From assembly GCA_964621065.1 (NCBI GenBank), contig CAZULG010000002.1, positions 61,878-125,877 of the forward strand: a DNA stretch of 64,000 nucleotides, given 5' to 3'. A model generated the notes under the pieces. It was not told where the DNA came from. It saw only the letters and a list, made by a program, of their open reading frames with translations, and did not search any database. Both the position numbers and the translations under genes were made by a program. This document shows positions 28,607 to 37,585 of this stretch, piece after piece (position 1 is the first letter of the stretch; each line of letters begins with the position of its first letter). The DNA comes from an uncultured Methanosarcinales archaeon. Lineage in GTDB: Archaea; Nanobdellota; Nanobdellia; Woesearchaeales; UBA583.

Positions 28607-29851
28607 ATGATTGAACTTGTAATTATTTTTGTAGTTGTAATACTCATTATTATTTTAAGTGCAATAATGTCTGGAACAGAAGCTGCTCTCTTGTCATTGA
28701 GTGTTGCAAGGATTAAAGAGTATGAAAAAGTAAATCAATCTTCTAAGAAAAAGCTCTCTAAAATTTATGCTCTTGAGATGATAAAACAACATTTACAATA
28801 TTATATTTCAGTTTTAGTTGTTCTCAATAATGTTGTTAATATTATGGGTTCAATTCTAGTTGGATATTTAGTGACACAGTTTTTTGGAGAAGTATTTTTA
28901 GGAGCTGTGACTGCAGTTTTAACATTTGGAATTATAATTTTCTCAGAAGTTATTCCAAAAGTAGTAGGAGAGAGGCGCTCACTTAAAGTTTCATTATTAA
29001 TGACTCCATTTTTACGTTTATCAGGGTTTATTCTACGACCAATTATTTTTATTATTGAGTATATTGTAAAAAAAATTGTGCGAAATAATTCAAATGAAAA
29101 TATTTCAAAAGGAGAAATTCGTGAAATGGCGATACTGGGAACTCAAGAAGGAAGTTTGGATAATTATGAAGGAGAGTTGATTGATAATATATTTGATTTA
29201 AATGAGACGTATGTATATGATATTATGGTTCCAAGACACAAAATTTTATGTATTTCTCTAGATTCATCGTTTCAAGAAATTATAAGTCTTGTTAAAAAGT
29301 ACGGATATACTCGATTTCCTGTTGAAAAAGAGTTTGAGATTATTGGATATATTCATATTAAAGATTTACTTGGTTATGTTGACTCTCAAGATTCATTTAA
29401 TGTAAAATCAATTATGAGACAATTAATTTTTGTACCTGAGGTGATGAGAATTGTAAATGTTGAGAAAAAGTTAAAATCATCAAGACAACATATGTGTGGA
29501 ATTGTAAATGAGCATGGAGAAGTAATTGGAATTGTGACATTTGAAGATATTGTTGAAGAAATTTTTGGAGAAATATCAGATGAACATGATTTAGAAGTTG
29601 AGAATGAAATTGTAAAAGTAAAAGATGGAGTATATCAAATTGTTGGAGATTGTGATATTGTTAAATTAAATGAGGAATTGGATTTAAATATTGATGAGCA
29701 AGGAGATTACTCAACACTCAATGGATTTATTATTGATACACTTGAGAGACTTCCACTACTTAAAGAAGAAATTAAAATTGAAGAAGGAGTTTTTAGAATT
29801 CTCTCTAAAAATAAAAAGAAGATACTCAAAGTAGAATTTGAAAGACAATAG
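28607..29851 (+). CDS. CNNM/CorC-HlyC family transporter (DUF21 TM domain, CBS pair, CorC_HlyC domain)
   Basis: N-terminal 4-TM domain with the SGTEAALLS motif, a CBS-pair region, and the C-terminal ..LNGFIIDTLERLP.. motif. Confidence 0.8.
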   Translation: MIELVIIFVVVILIIILSAIMSGTEAALLSLSVARIKEYEKVNQSSKKKLSKIYALEMIKQHLQYYISVLVVLNNVVNIMGSILVGYLVTQFFGEVFLGAVTAVLTFGIIIFSEVIPKVVGERRSLKVSLLMTPFLRLSGFILRPIIFIIEYIVKKIVRNNSNENISKGEIREMAILGTQEGSLDNYEGELIDNIFDLNETYVYDIMVPRHKILCISLDSSFQEIISLVKKYGYTRFPVEKEFEIIGYIHIKDLLGYVDSQDSFNVKSIMRQLIFVPEVMRIVNVEKKLKSSRQHMCGIVNEHGEVIGIVTFEDIVEEIFGEISDEHDLEVENEIVKVKDGVYQIVGDCDIVKLNEELDLNIDEQGDYSTLNGFIIDTLERLPLLKEEIKIEEGVFRILSKNKKKILKVEFERQ

Positions 29852-29913
29852 AGTGTGGTGTGTTATTTGTTAATTATACATATATTTTTATACTCAATAA
29901 TTTTAGTAGGAGT

Positions 29914-30573
29914 ATGAGAGTTGTACTATTAGATTGTGGGATAATAAAAGATCCACTTCGAAGTAGGAGTTTGAAAATTATTGAAGTTATTAATGATTTG
30001 GGGTATGAAATTCAAAGAGTTGAAGTTCTTGAAGGAGAAAAAATTGATGATGATTTAGAGAATATTACTCACATCATTATTTCAGGTTCAGGCCTTAATT
30101 ATGATTCAAATCATTTAGGAATTTGCTATGTGCGAGATGTAGTGAAACAAGTATATAATTCTCACATTAATGTATTAGGAGTGTGTTTTGGAGCACAAGT
30201 TTTAGCAGATGTTTTAGGTGGTAGTGTTGAGAAACAGAAAAATACAGAGTTTGGATTTGAAACAATTTCAATTATTAAAGAAGATACATTGATGAGTGAA
30301 TTTCCTCAAGAATTTGACGCATTTGAATACCATTTTGACTCAATCACCTCTTTGCCTTCATATTCTATATTAATTGCTCAAAGTGAGAATTGTATTCAAG
30401 TGTATAAAACTCATAATTGTTATGGAGTCCAGTTTCATCCAGAAATTGATTCAGTATTTGCAAAGCGAGAAATTGAAATTATTGAAGAGAATAATTTGCA
30501 GGAGAGTGTAAAGTCAAAAGAGATATTTTATACACTTCCACGTAAAATTTTTGAGAATTTTTTAAAATTGTAG
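29914..30573 (+). CDS. Class I glutamine amidotransferase (GuaA-GATase-like)
   Basis: Nucleophile elbow VLGVCFGAQVLA and GVQFHPE (His-Glu). I prefer ATG 29914 (MRVVLLDCG) over the upstream GTG used by the track. Confidence 0.7.
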   Translation: MRVVLLDCGIIKDPLRSRSLKIIEVINDLGYEIQRVEVLEGEKIDDDLENITHIIISGSGLNYDSNHLGICYVRDVVKQVYNSHINVLGVCFGAQVLADVLGGSVEKQKNTEFGFETISIIKEDTLMSEFPQEFDAFEYHFDSITSLPSYSILIAQSENCIQVYKTHNCYGVQFHPEIDSVFAKREIEIIEENNLQESVKSKEIFYTLPRKIFENFLKL

Positions 30574-30584
30574 AATAAAAAAAA

Positions 30585-30947
30585 ATGATGTCAAACACAC
30601 AACCTACTAACATATCATTTAATGAGCGCGTATATGAAATAGTTGCAACAATTCCTCAAGGAAAAGTTATGACATATAAAGAAGTTGCACATTTGCTCAA
30701 TTGTAGAGCATATAGAGCTGTAGGAAATGCTCTTAACAAAAATCCCTACAGCACTTCTAAAGTTCCTTGTCATAGAGTTATTAAAACAAATAATGAAGTT
30801 GGAGGATATGGTTGGGATGTTGAGAGAAAAATAGAATTATTAGAAGCAGAAGGAGTTGAATTTGAACTTTTTGATGATACAACTCCTATTGAGAAGCGAA
30901 GAGTTAAACGAGAACATATAATTAACAAAAACAAAGATGAAAACTAA
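30585..30947 (+). CDS. MGMT-family protein (methylated-DNA-protein-cysteine methyltransferase DNA-binding/active-site domain only)
   Basis: Active-site VPCHRVI motif. 120 aa, with no N-terminal Ada/Ogt domain. Confidence 0.7.
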   Translation: MMSNTQPTNISFNERVYEIVATIPQGKVMTYKEVAHLLNCRAYRAVGNALNKNPYSTSKVPCHRVIKTNNEVGGYGWDVERKIELLEAEGVEFELFDDTTPIEKRRVKREHIINKNKDEN

Positions 30948-31030
30948 AGTTAAAATATATATGAAACACATATAAAATAAAAGTAAAGATATAACATTAA
31001 AAATATACATGAATTAACATATTTTTCAAA

Positions 31031-31648
31031 TTATCCTCTTGGTTCGTAAAAACTCATCTCAAGTTCAAATCGTCCTTGATTTGTTGGAATGTTTTGAAAA
31101 TCTGCACTAATTCTTGAATAACCTCTTCTTAAATAATAATTTTCATCGCTTGAGTTGAGTGATAAATTGTATTCATTCAAATTAGAAATTGTTTTGTTCA
31201 GATGTGTGTAGCGAACATCATTGCTTGGAATAATACGAAGTGTGTATACTTTTGAACTATGCAGTGGCTCATTATCACCATAACTTGTTGAGTTGAATAG
31301 TTGAAGTAATGTTGAGTTGAGTGTATTTAAAAATGCTGAGCAGACTTCTATTTCATAACCCTGATCAGCGCACGTTAAATTATACTTAGAGTATGATAGT
31401 CCAGTATTATCAACGCAACGATTGAGTAAATCAACTCCGCTAAGTTGAGAGTTTTCAAAACACTGAATTTGTGTTGATTTGAGATGCTGAACTACACTCT
31501 CAACAATAATTTGAGTTTCAGTTTCTAAAATTGAGTCTTGTTCTTCTTGAGAATATACAACTTGAAATTGGGAGTAGAGTAAAAATCCAATTGTGAGAAC
31601 TACAAAAAAAATCATGATTCCAAAAATTTCACCTTGAGATTGTTTCAT
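31031..31648 (-). CDS. Hypothetical exported/anchored protein with possible class III (pilin-like) signal peptide
   Basis: N-terminus MKQSQGEIFGIMIFFVVLTIGFLLYS: a short charged head, a Gly, then about 20 hydrophobic residues. The rest is Ser/Asn/Cys-containing and unrecognised. Confidence 0.4.
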   Translation of the reverse strand: MKQSQGEIFGIMIFFVVLTIGFLLYSQFQVVYSQEEQDSILETETQIIVESVVQHLKSTQIQCFENSQLSGVDLLNRCVDNTGLSYSKYNLTCADQGYEIEVCSAFLNTLNSTLLQLFNSTSYGDNEPLHSSKVYTLRIIPSNDVRYTHLNKTISNLNEYNLSLNSSDENYYLRRGYSRISADFQNIPTNQGRFELEMSFYEPRG

Positions 31649-31673
31649 ATATAAAACATAATGACAATAAAAA

Positions 31674-31681
31674 TTTATAAA
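31674..31681. promoter_or_regulatory. Palindromic TATA box TTTATAAA shared by a divergent gene pair
   Basis: It is central in the 56-bp gap between start codons 31648 (-) and 31705 (+): about 30 and 28 nt from the box centre. Confidence 0.5.
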
Positions 31682-31704
31682 TATATGGTATCATAGTAGA
31701 GTAT

Positions 31705-33798
31705 ATGTTTATTAATATTAATATGTTTAATGTAAAATATTCTCGCTCTTCAATATATGTGCTCTTAATACTATTATTCAAAGTTATTATTATTCAATCT
31801 TCTTATGGAGTAGATAATCCTTCTGCACTGTATCAAGCACCACAAGATTTAGAAGTCTCGATGCAACATAACATTTCTCTTGAGATTAATCCAACAGGTC
31901 AAAGAAGCTCAATTGAATTTTTAAATATTAACTCATTTTATATTCCTGAAGATTTAGGAGAATATCAACGAATTTTGAGTTCATCTTCTGATTATGAAGA
32001 ATTAATTAGTCAAAAAAAACAAAAGTCAGTTATATATAATCAATATCAATTTAGAGAAGAGGATTTGACATCTAATGTTGTTGAAATATCAACTAATTAT
32101 GAAATTCAATCTCAACCTCATTTTCCAAAAATTTATACAAAACAAGAATATCCTATCGTTGAGCGAAGTGATGAGCAATTTGTTCCGTATTTAGAATTTG
32201 CAGATAAAATCAATACAAATGATAAATTACAGCAAAAAGCATTTGAACTTGCACGAGGAGAAGATGATGTATATGTGATTGCTAGTAAAGTTGCAAACTG
32301 GGTACAACAAGAAATTGAATATGATTTATCAACAATTTTTGAAAATCCTGAGCAACGTGCAACTGAAGTGTTTGAATCAAGACAAGGAGTGTGTACAGAA
32401 TTATCTGTTATTTTTGCATCAATGATGAGAACTCTTGGAATTCCGACAAAAATTACAACAGGGTACGCGTATACAACTTCAGAAGAAATCATTGATTTGG
32501 TAGGAAGTAATTGGGGTGGCCATGCGTGGACAGAAGTATATATTAATGGTAAGTGGGTTCCTTTTGATTTAACATACCAACAATATGGATTTGTTGATTC
32601 TAGTCATTTAATTTTACAACGAAATAGTAAAATTGAAGAGTTGGGAGTCCAAGTTGAGATGAGTGCGTTTAATTATGAAATTGTTCCTAATTCATTGCAA
32701 TCAGATTTTGATTTCACAATTCTATCAATGGAGGAGATGTCATCTTCATTTGAAAATGTTGAAGCAACGATGAGTATTAATGAAAATGTTCTCTCTAGTG
32801 GATCACACGTGCTCATTGAAGCAACAATTGAAAATACTCAAGATTATTATCAAACAGTACCTTTTGATATTATATTTCCTCAAGAGATGAGTGCAAAGAC
32901 TCCAACTAAATATGTATTACCGCTTGAACCTAATGAGCAAAGAGATATTCACTTTATTTTGCAACTTCCTGAAGATATGGACGGGTTTTCATTTCCAATA
33001 GCATTGTATACGCGATTTAATAATGTTGAACAAGTCATTGTTAGTACTTCTTCTAATGCTCAATCATTTACTTATGAGGAATTGGCCGAATTATTACCTG
33101 AAGAAGAACCTAGTGGAGCGCAGGAGAGTGATGATGAGCTTGATAATGTTGTTGAAAATTCCAATATTACTCGAGAAGTAGAAGATACAACAAATGATGA
33201 GGAAGAGAGTAGCGAGTTAAATACATCATATTTAGAAGATGTTGATTTCAGCTCAGTTTGTAATTTAATTCAAGAAGATTTTGATTTTTTTTTGAGTTGT
33301 AATATTTCGCAATTTTCAAATAATGAAGATATTTTATCAACAGAACTATGTTCTTTAGAGGATTGTAGTTCAGTTGTATTTAGCTCTGAATCAAATTCTC
33401 AAAACATTACTGTGAAAACTGGTTATAGTCCAACATTTACAATGAAAGCAAATGTGAGAGGTAGTTATGAAGAAGAGGAGTTCACTATTGACCTGCCTGA
33501 GCCAAAATCTTTGAAAATGACATATGAAGCAGGAGATGGGTTTTTAGAAGTGAGGTCTCAAATGGATGAGAGTGATATTTTTCATTTAATTGAAGTTGAA
33601 GTTGCAAATGCAGTATTAAGACTTGATAATACAAAACAGCGACAAATCATTAATTTAGAGCCTGGTGTATATACTATGCAAATTACTTATGATTATTTTA
33701 ATCAAGAAGTTGATTCTCAAGAAATTGAAATAGAAATAACTCAATCTCAATCATTACTTGATAAAATAAAGAAGTTCTTTACTTCACTATTTTCATAA
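31705..33798 (+). CDS. Secreted transglutaminase-like cysteine protease-fold protein
   Basis: Signal-like N-terminus. Transglutaminase core RQGVCTELSVIFASMMRTLGIP (Cys) .. GGHAWTEVYINGKWVPFDLT (His, Asp). Acidic Ser/Glu/Asp linker and C-terminal beta-rich region. Confidence 0.75.
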   Translation: MFININMFNVKYSRSSIYVLLILLFKVIIIQSSYGVDNPSALYQAPQDLEVSMQHNISLEINPTGQRSSIEFLNINSFYIPEDLGEYQRILSSSSDYEELISQKKQKSVIYNQYQFREEDLTSNVVEISTNYEIQSQPHFPKIYTKQEYPIVERSDEQFVPYLEFADKINTNDKLQQKAFELARGEDDVYVIASKVANWVQQEIEYDLSTIFENPEQRATEVFESRQGVCTELSVIFASMMRTLGIPTKITTGYAYTTSEEIIDLVGSNWGGHAWTEVYINGKWVPFDLTYQQYGFVDSSHLILQRNSKIEELGVQVEMSAFNYEIVPNSLQSDFDFTILSMEEMSSSFENVEATMSINENVLSSGSHVLIEATIENTQDYYQTVPFDIIFPQEMSAKTPTKYVLPLEPNEQRDIHFILQLPEDMDGFSFPIALYTRFNNVEQVIVSTSSNAQSFTYEELAELLPEEEPSGAQESDDELDNVVENSNITREVEDTTNDEEESSELNTSYLEDVDFSSVCNLIQEDFDFFLSCNISQFSNNEDILSTELCSLEDCSSVVFSSESNSQNITVKTGYSPTFTMKANVRGSYEEEEFTIDLPEPKSLKMTYEAGDGFLEVRSQMDESDIFHLIEVEVANAVLRLDNTKQRQIINLEPGVYTMQITYDYFNQEVDSQEIEIEITQSQSLLDKIKKFFTSLFS

Positions 33799-33840
33799 AT
33801 ACATAGATTTAAATGTGTTCTACACTTACTAATTTATACA

Positions 33841-34371
33841 ATGGTAGTGTGCGAATTTTCTGGAGAACAAGTCGATAAAACGATTAAAGTTGAAATTGCA
33901 GGAGCTGTAATGAATGTGGCTCCCAAATATTCACATTTAGGAAATGTTATTGAAGAGAAGAACAATTCTCAACATAAAGCTAGTTCGCACAACTCTTCTC
34001 ATTTTTTGAAAAAAACAATCACAAAAAGAAGAGTTAAGGAGCCTGAGTTAGAAGTAGTTGAGAATGTATCATCTATTTTGCAATCATTTATGGCTAAGAA
34101 AAATTTGACAACAAAACATCTTGCCCATAATGCGAGTTTAAAAGAGGGAATGCTTCAAAAAATGATTCAAGGAAAAATTCATTTTGATATAAAAACTGCG
34201 CAAATTCTTGAGAAAACGTTTGATTTGCAATTAACACAAGAAAGAGATGAGCAAAGTGTTGAAGATGCTTCATCATACTTAATTGATAATACGAGTGATT
34301 CAACAAAGAATGAGAGTAGTTCATCAATGGAAGATTTGATGAGAGAGGTATTACCTTATTTGAAGAAATAA
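33841..34371 (+). CDS. MBF1-like HTH (XRE-type) protein with degenerate N-terminal zinc ribbon
   Basis: The N-terminus CEFSGEQVDKTIKVEIAGAVMNVAPKYSHLG parallels the archaeal MBF1 Zn-ribbon layout but keeps only one Cys. HTH region: KKNLTTKHLAHNASLKEGMLQKMIQGKIHFDIKTAQILEKTFDL. Confidence 0.5.
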   Translation: MVVCEFSGEQVDKTIKVEIAGAVMNVAPKYSHLGNVIEEKNNSQHKASSHNSSHFLKKTITKRRVKEPELEVVENVSSILQSFMAKKNLTTKHLAHNASLKEGMLQKMIQGKIHFDIKTAQILEKTFDLQLTQERDEQSVEDASSYLIDNTSDSTKNESSSSMEDLMREVLPYLKK

Positions 34372-34406
34372 TTAAATATATAAATTATAAGGATTTTTTT
34401 TCTGAT

Positions 34407-35516
34407 ATGATAGATTATGTAACGCAATTGCTCTCTTATACAATTTATGGAAATACTACGCTCCAAATACTCATTGCTCTATCTTTGTTTTTATTATATC
34501 CAATTTTTAAAAAAATAATTTATTATATTATTGATAATTATGCAAGAAAATTAACAAGCAAATCAAAAAGTAACTTGGATGATATCATTATTAGCTCACT
34601 CCTTCCGCCCTTGAATATGTTTATTATTGCAGGATTATTTTATATAGGAGTGCTTCAGTTGAATTTAGGAAGTTTTGATGAATTTGCACATCAAGTATTT
34701 AATTTTTTACTCATAGTTCCATTTGTTTATTTTATGATTAAGTTTTCAACTCAATCAATAAAATATTACTTACGAGGAAACTCAAATAAAACAAAACTTA
34801 ATGAAGCTGCAATTGATATTATTATGCAACTTGTTCAAATTGTGTTATTTTTAATTGGAATTTTACTCATTCTTGCAAACATGGGATATGATGTATCAGC
34901 GTTAATTGCAGGTCTTGGAGTTGGAGGTTTGGCATTTGCTTTGGCTGCTCAAGATCTATTGAAAAATTTATTTGCAGGAATCTCACTCATTTTTGATAAG
35001 ACATTTAACAAAGGAGAGCGTGTTCAATTTCAAGGAAATTCTGGAATTATTGAAGAGTTGAAACTTCGCTCAACTAAACTCAGAACATATGATGGAACGT
35101 TACTTACAATTCCAAATTCTCAGCTTGCTGATAACATTGTTGAAAATGTAACACAAGTTCCTCGTGTAAAAGTTGTAATGACAATTGGTCTTGTGTATTC
35201 AACTACAGCTAAGCAAATGAAACAGGCAAAGAAGATTATTCAAGATGCAATTGATAATCAAAAAAATGCTGATGGTGAGAGTACTACAATTTATTTTGAT
35301 AATTTTGGTGCATATTCATTAAATATTATGGTATATTATTATGCAAAGGAGTTGACTATGGATGATTGGACAAAGAGAACTCAGATGAAAGAAGATGTAA
35401 ATATGTATATTTTAGAAGAATTTGAAAAGGCAGGACTCTCAATGGCGTTCCCAACACAAACGTTAGAAATTAAATCAGATGATGCTCAGAAGAAGACTAA
35501 AAAATCCAAAACATAA
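34407..35516 (+). CDS. Mechanosensitive ion channel, MscS family
   Basis: Pore-helix region GLGVGGLAFALAAQDLLKNLFAGISLIFDKTFNKGERV followed by the beta domain. Confidence 0.85.
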   Translation: MIDYVTQLLSYTIYGNTTLQILIALSLFLLYPIFKKIIYYIIDNYARKLTSKSKSNLDDIIISSLLPPLNMFIIAGLFYIGVLQLNLGSFDEFAHQVFNFLLIVPFVYFMIKFSTQSIKYYLRGNSNKTKLNEAAIDIIMQLVQIVLFLIGILLILANMGYDVSALIAGLGVGGLAFALAAQDLLKNLFAGISLIFDKTFNKGERVQFQGNSGIIEELKLRSTKLRTYDGTLLTIPNSQLADNIVENVTQVPRVKVVMTIGLVYSTTAKQMKQAKKIIQDAIDNQKNADGESTTIYFDNFGAYSLNIMVYYYAKELTMDDWTKRTQMKEDVNMYILEEFEKAGLSMAFPTQTLEIKSDDAQKKTKKSKT

Positions 35517-35649
35517 TTAATAAATTTTTTTCTTCGAAAAGTTTTTAAATATCAAAACTCACAATATTGAGTAATGATTCGAAATAATGAGAATTGCAAT
35601 CAATTAATGTCTTTGTTGGTTTTAATTCTCATTATGCTACGATTATAAT

Positions 35650-35684
35650 GTTTGAACTATCAAATAAGAATTGATTGTTCAAAC
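35650..35684. promoter_or_regulatory. 35-nt perfect-armed palindrome (operator or hairpin) upstream of the Tat-signal ORF
   Basis: GTTTGAAC-T-ATCAA-ATAAGAA-TTGAT-T-GTTCAAAC: 13 paired positions with one T.T mismatch. Confidence 0.3.
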
Positions 35685-35763
35685 TACCTTTGTTGATATT
35701 TTTTCTTATTTGATAATTTTTCGTTATAGCAAGAATCAGAACAGATAAATAAACGGTGAAAAA

Positions 35764-36090
35764 ATGGGAGAAGAAAAAATAACTAGGAGAACGGTTTTGA
35801 GAGGAATTATTGCAACAGGAGCAGTATTTCCTTCTGCTTTGGCTGCAGGAACTCCTGAACAAAGACTTGAAGATATAATCCAAGTTAAAGGAGTTTATAG
35901 TAAACCTGAAGTATTTGATTATGATAAATCTCCAGAAGATCAGTTACAATATTTAGGAAGCACAGTACCAAGTACTCAAGGTAATTACGTTGTAAAAACT
36001 TCAAAAGGATTTTTTGACGTAGATGTAAAAGAGGGAAGTTTTGAATTTACACATCCTAAGAAAGTTAGAAGTGTATATGAATTGACTTAA
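35764..36090 (+). CDS. Small exported protein with twin-arginine (Tat) signal peptide
   Basis: MGEEKITRRTVLRGIIATGAVFPSALAAG: T-R-R-x-V-L-R, a hydrophobic stretch, then A-x-A. A GGTGA Shine-Dalgarno-like motif lies 8 nt upstream. Confidence 0.5.
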   Translation: MGEEKITRRTVLRGIIATGAVFPSALAAGTPEQRLEDIIQVKGVYSKPEVFDYDKSPEDQLQYLGSTVPSTQGNYVVKTSKGFFDVDVKEGSFEFTHPKKVRSVYELT

Positions 36091-36136
36091 AGAAAATATA
36101 CAAAATCTTTTTAAATATTTTTCATATAGTATTAGT

Positions 36137-37027
36137 ATGTTACAACAAGATACTCAAGTGTGGCTAGATGGGAGTCTAGTTGAATTCAAGGATGCAAATG
36201 TTAGTATTTTAACACATTCCCTGCATTATGGAAGTTCGGTATTTGAAGGGATTCGGGCGTATGAGACTAAAGATGGGAAGTCGAGTATTTTTCGACTCAA
36301 AGAACATATTGATAGATTGTTTTATTCAGCTGGAATTTTGTCTCAACAGATTCCTTATTCAAAAGAAGATATTATGCAAGCGTGTCATGAAGTGTTGAGA
36401 ACAAATAATTTAACATCTGCATATCTCAGACCTCTTGTGTTTTATGATGACTCTTCAATGGGACTTGATTATACAAATAATAAAGTAAGAGTTGCAATAA
36501 TAGCGTGGTCGTGGGGGAAATATCTCAAGGAGACTGTTCGAGCGCGAATTGTGAGTGTGAGGAGAATTTCTGATAAATCACTTATTCCTGACGCTAAAGT
36601 TGGAGGACATTATATCAACTCAACGCTTGCAACACTTGAGGCGAAGCAGTTTGGATATGATGAAGCAATCCTATTGGATCATGATGGTTTTATCGCAGAA
36701 GGACCTGGAGAGAATTTATTTTTTGTCAATAACAACATTCTCTACACTCCAAAACTTGGAAAAATTCTTGCAGGAATTACTCGAAATAGTATTATTGAAA
36801 TTGCTCAAAACCTTGGCTATCAAATTATTGAGAGAAATATTGACCCAAATGAGTTAACAAGCTTTGAGGGAGCATTTATGTGTGGAACAGCAGCTGAGTT
36901 TACACCACTTGAGTGTATTGGTGAGATTAAATATGATACAAAAGTAGGAGTAGATATCAAAGAGGAATTTGAAAGAGTATTGAGAGGGGATAATTTGAAG
37001 TATAGAAGTTGGAATTCAATTGAGTAA
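36137..37027 (+). CDS. ilvE: Branched-chain amino acid aminotransferase (class IV PLP enzyme)
   Basis: ..HSLHYGSSVFEGIRAY..; ..EGPGENLFFV..; ..GITRNSII..; 296 aa. Confidence 0.85.
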   Translation: MLQQDTQVWLDGSLVEFKDANVSILTHSLHYGSSVFEGIRAYETKDGKSSIFRLKEHIDRLFYSAGILSQQIPYSKEDIMQACHEVLRTNNLTSAYLRPLVFYDDSSMGLDYTNNKVRVAIIAWSWGKYLKETVRARIVSVRRISDKSLIPDAKVGGHYINSTLATLEAKQFGYDEAILLDHDGFIAEGPGENLFFVNNNILYTPKLGKILAGITRNSIIEIAQNLGYQIIERNIDPNELTSFEGAFMCGTAAEFTPLECIGEIKYDTKVGVDIKEEFERVLRGDNLKYRSWNSIE

Positions 37028-37036
37028 ATTTGTAAA

Positions 37037-37321
37037 TTAATATGCTCTTGTGAAATACATAGAGCATAATCTTGAAAATTCTTCTAATTCTTTTTTTACT
37101 TTTGAATCTTCAATAATAGGAATTTTATAAGTAGTAATATCGAGTATTTGTCTTATAATTGCATCATTGCATTGAGTATTATTATCAGTATCAAATGGCT
37201 TGAGCACTTTTATTAGTTCTTGTGCTTTTTGAGGTAATGAATTTTTAATTATATCAGTTTTTGATTTTCTTATTACTTCACTAATTAATTTTTTTTTAGG
37301 TAGCTCTTTTGTATTATTCAT
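37037..37321 (-). CDS. Hypothetical protein (94 aa)
   Basis: ORF only; no motif recognised. Confidence 0.35.
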   Translation of the reverse strand: MNNTKELPKKKLISEVIRKSKTDIIKNSLPQKAQELIKVLKPFDTDNNTQCNDAIIRQILDITTYKIPIIEDSKVKKELEEFSRLCSMYFTRAY

Positions 37322-37396
37322 ATAATGTCTTAAACTTGAAACTTTATAAAAATCACTATTATTAGTATTGTATTAAAAATAAAAAAATAATTTTAT

Positions 37397-37561
37397 TTAG
37401 ATTTGTTCTAAAATCTCAGCTCGAATTGCTGCTTTTCCACCTGTAGGAGTTGCAATTTCAACACCACAGTTAATACATTTAACATGAGATGCTGCTCGGC
37501 CAAAAATAATTTGCTCATGAGCGCATTCATGACATTTAACTTTAATAAATTTTTTTTCCAT
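37397..37561 (-). CDS. rps27e: Ribosomal protein eS27 (S27e)
   Basis: Missed by the ORF track (54 aa). My translation: MEKKFIKVKCHECAHEQIIFGRAASHVKCINCGVEIATPTGGKAAIRAEILEQI*. It has the C4 zinc ribbon and PTGGKA motif typical of eS27. Confidence 0.85.
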   Translation of the reverse strand: MEKKFIKVKCHECAHEQIIFGRAASHVKCINCGVEIATPTGGKAAIRAEILEQI

Positions 37562-37585
37562 TTTTCTTTTGTTCTAGTTTTTAAC

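Noticed and set aside
35632-35883. 83-aa minus-strand ORF overlapping the start of the Tat-signal gene
   Set aside because: It is Cys/Ser-rich with no features and overlaps the plus-strand ORF, which has a Shine-Dalgarno-like motif and a convincing Tat signal. The plus-strand gene is preferred.
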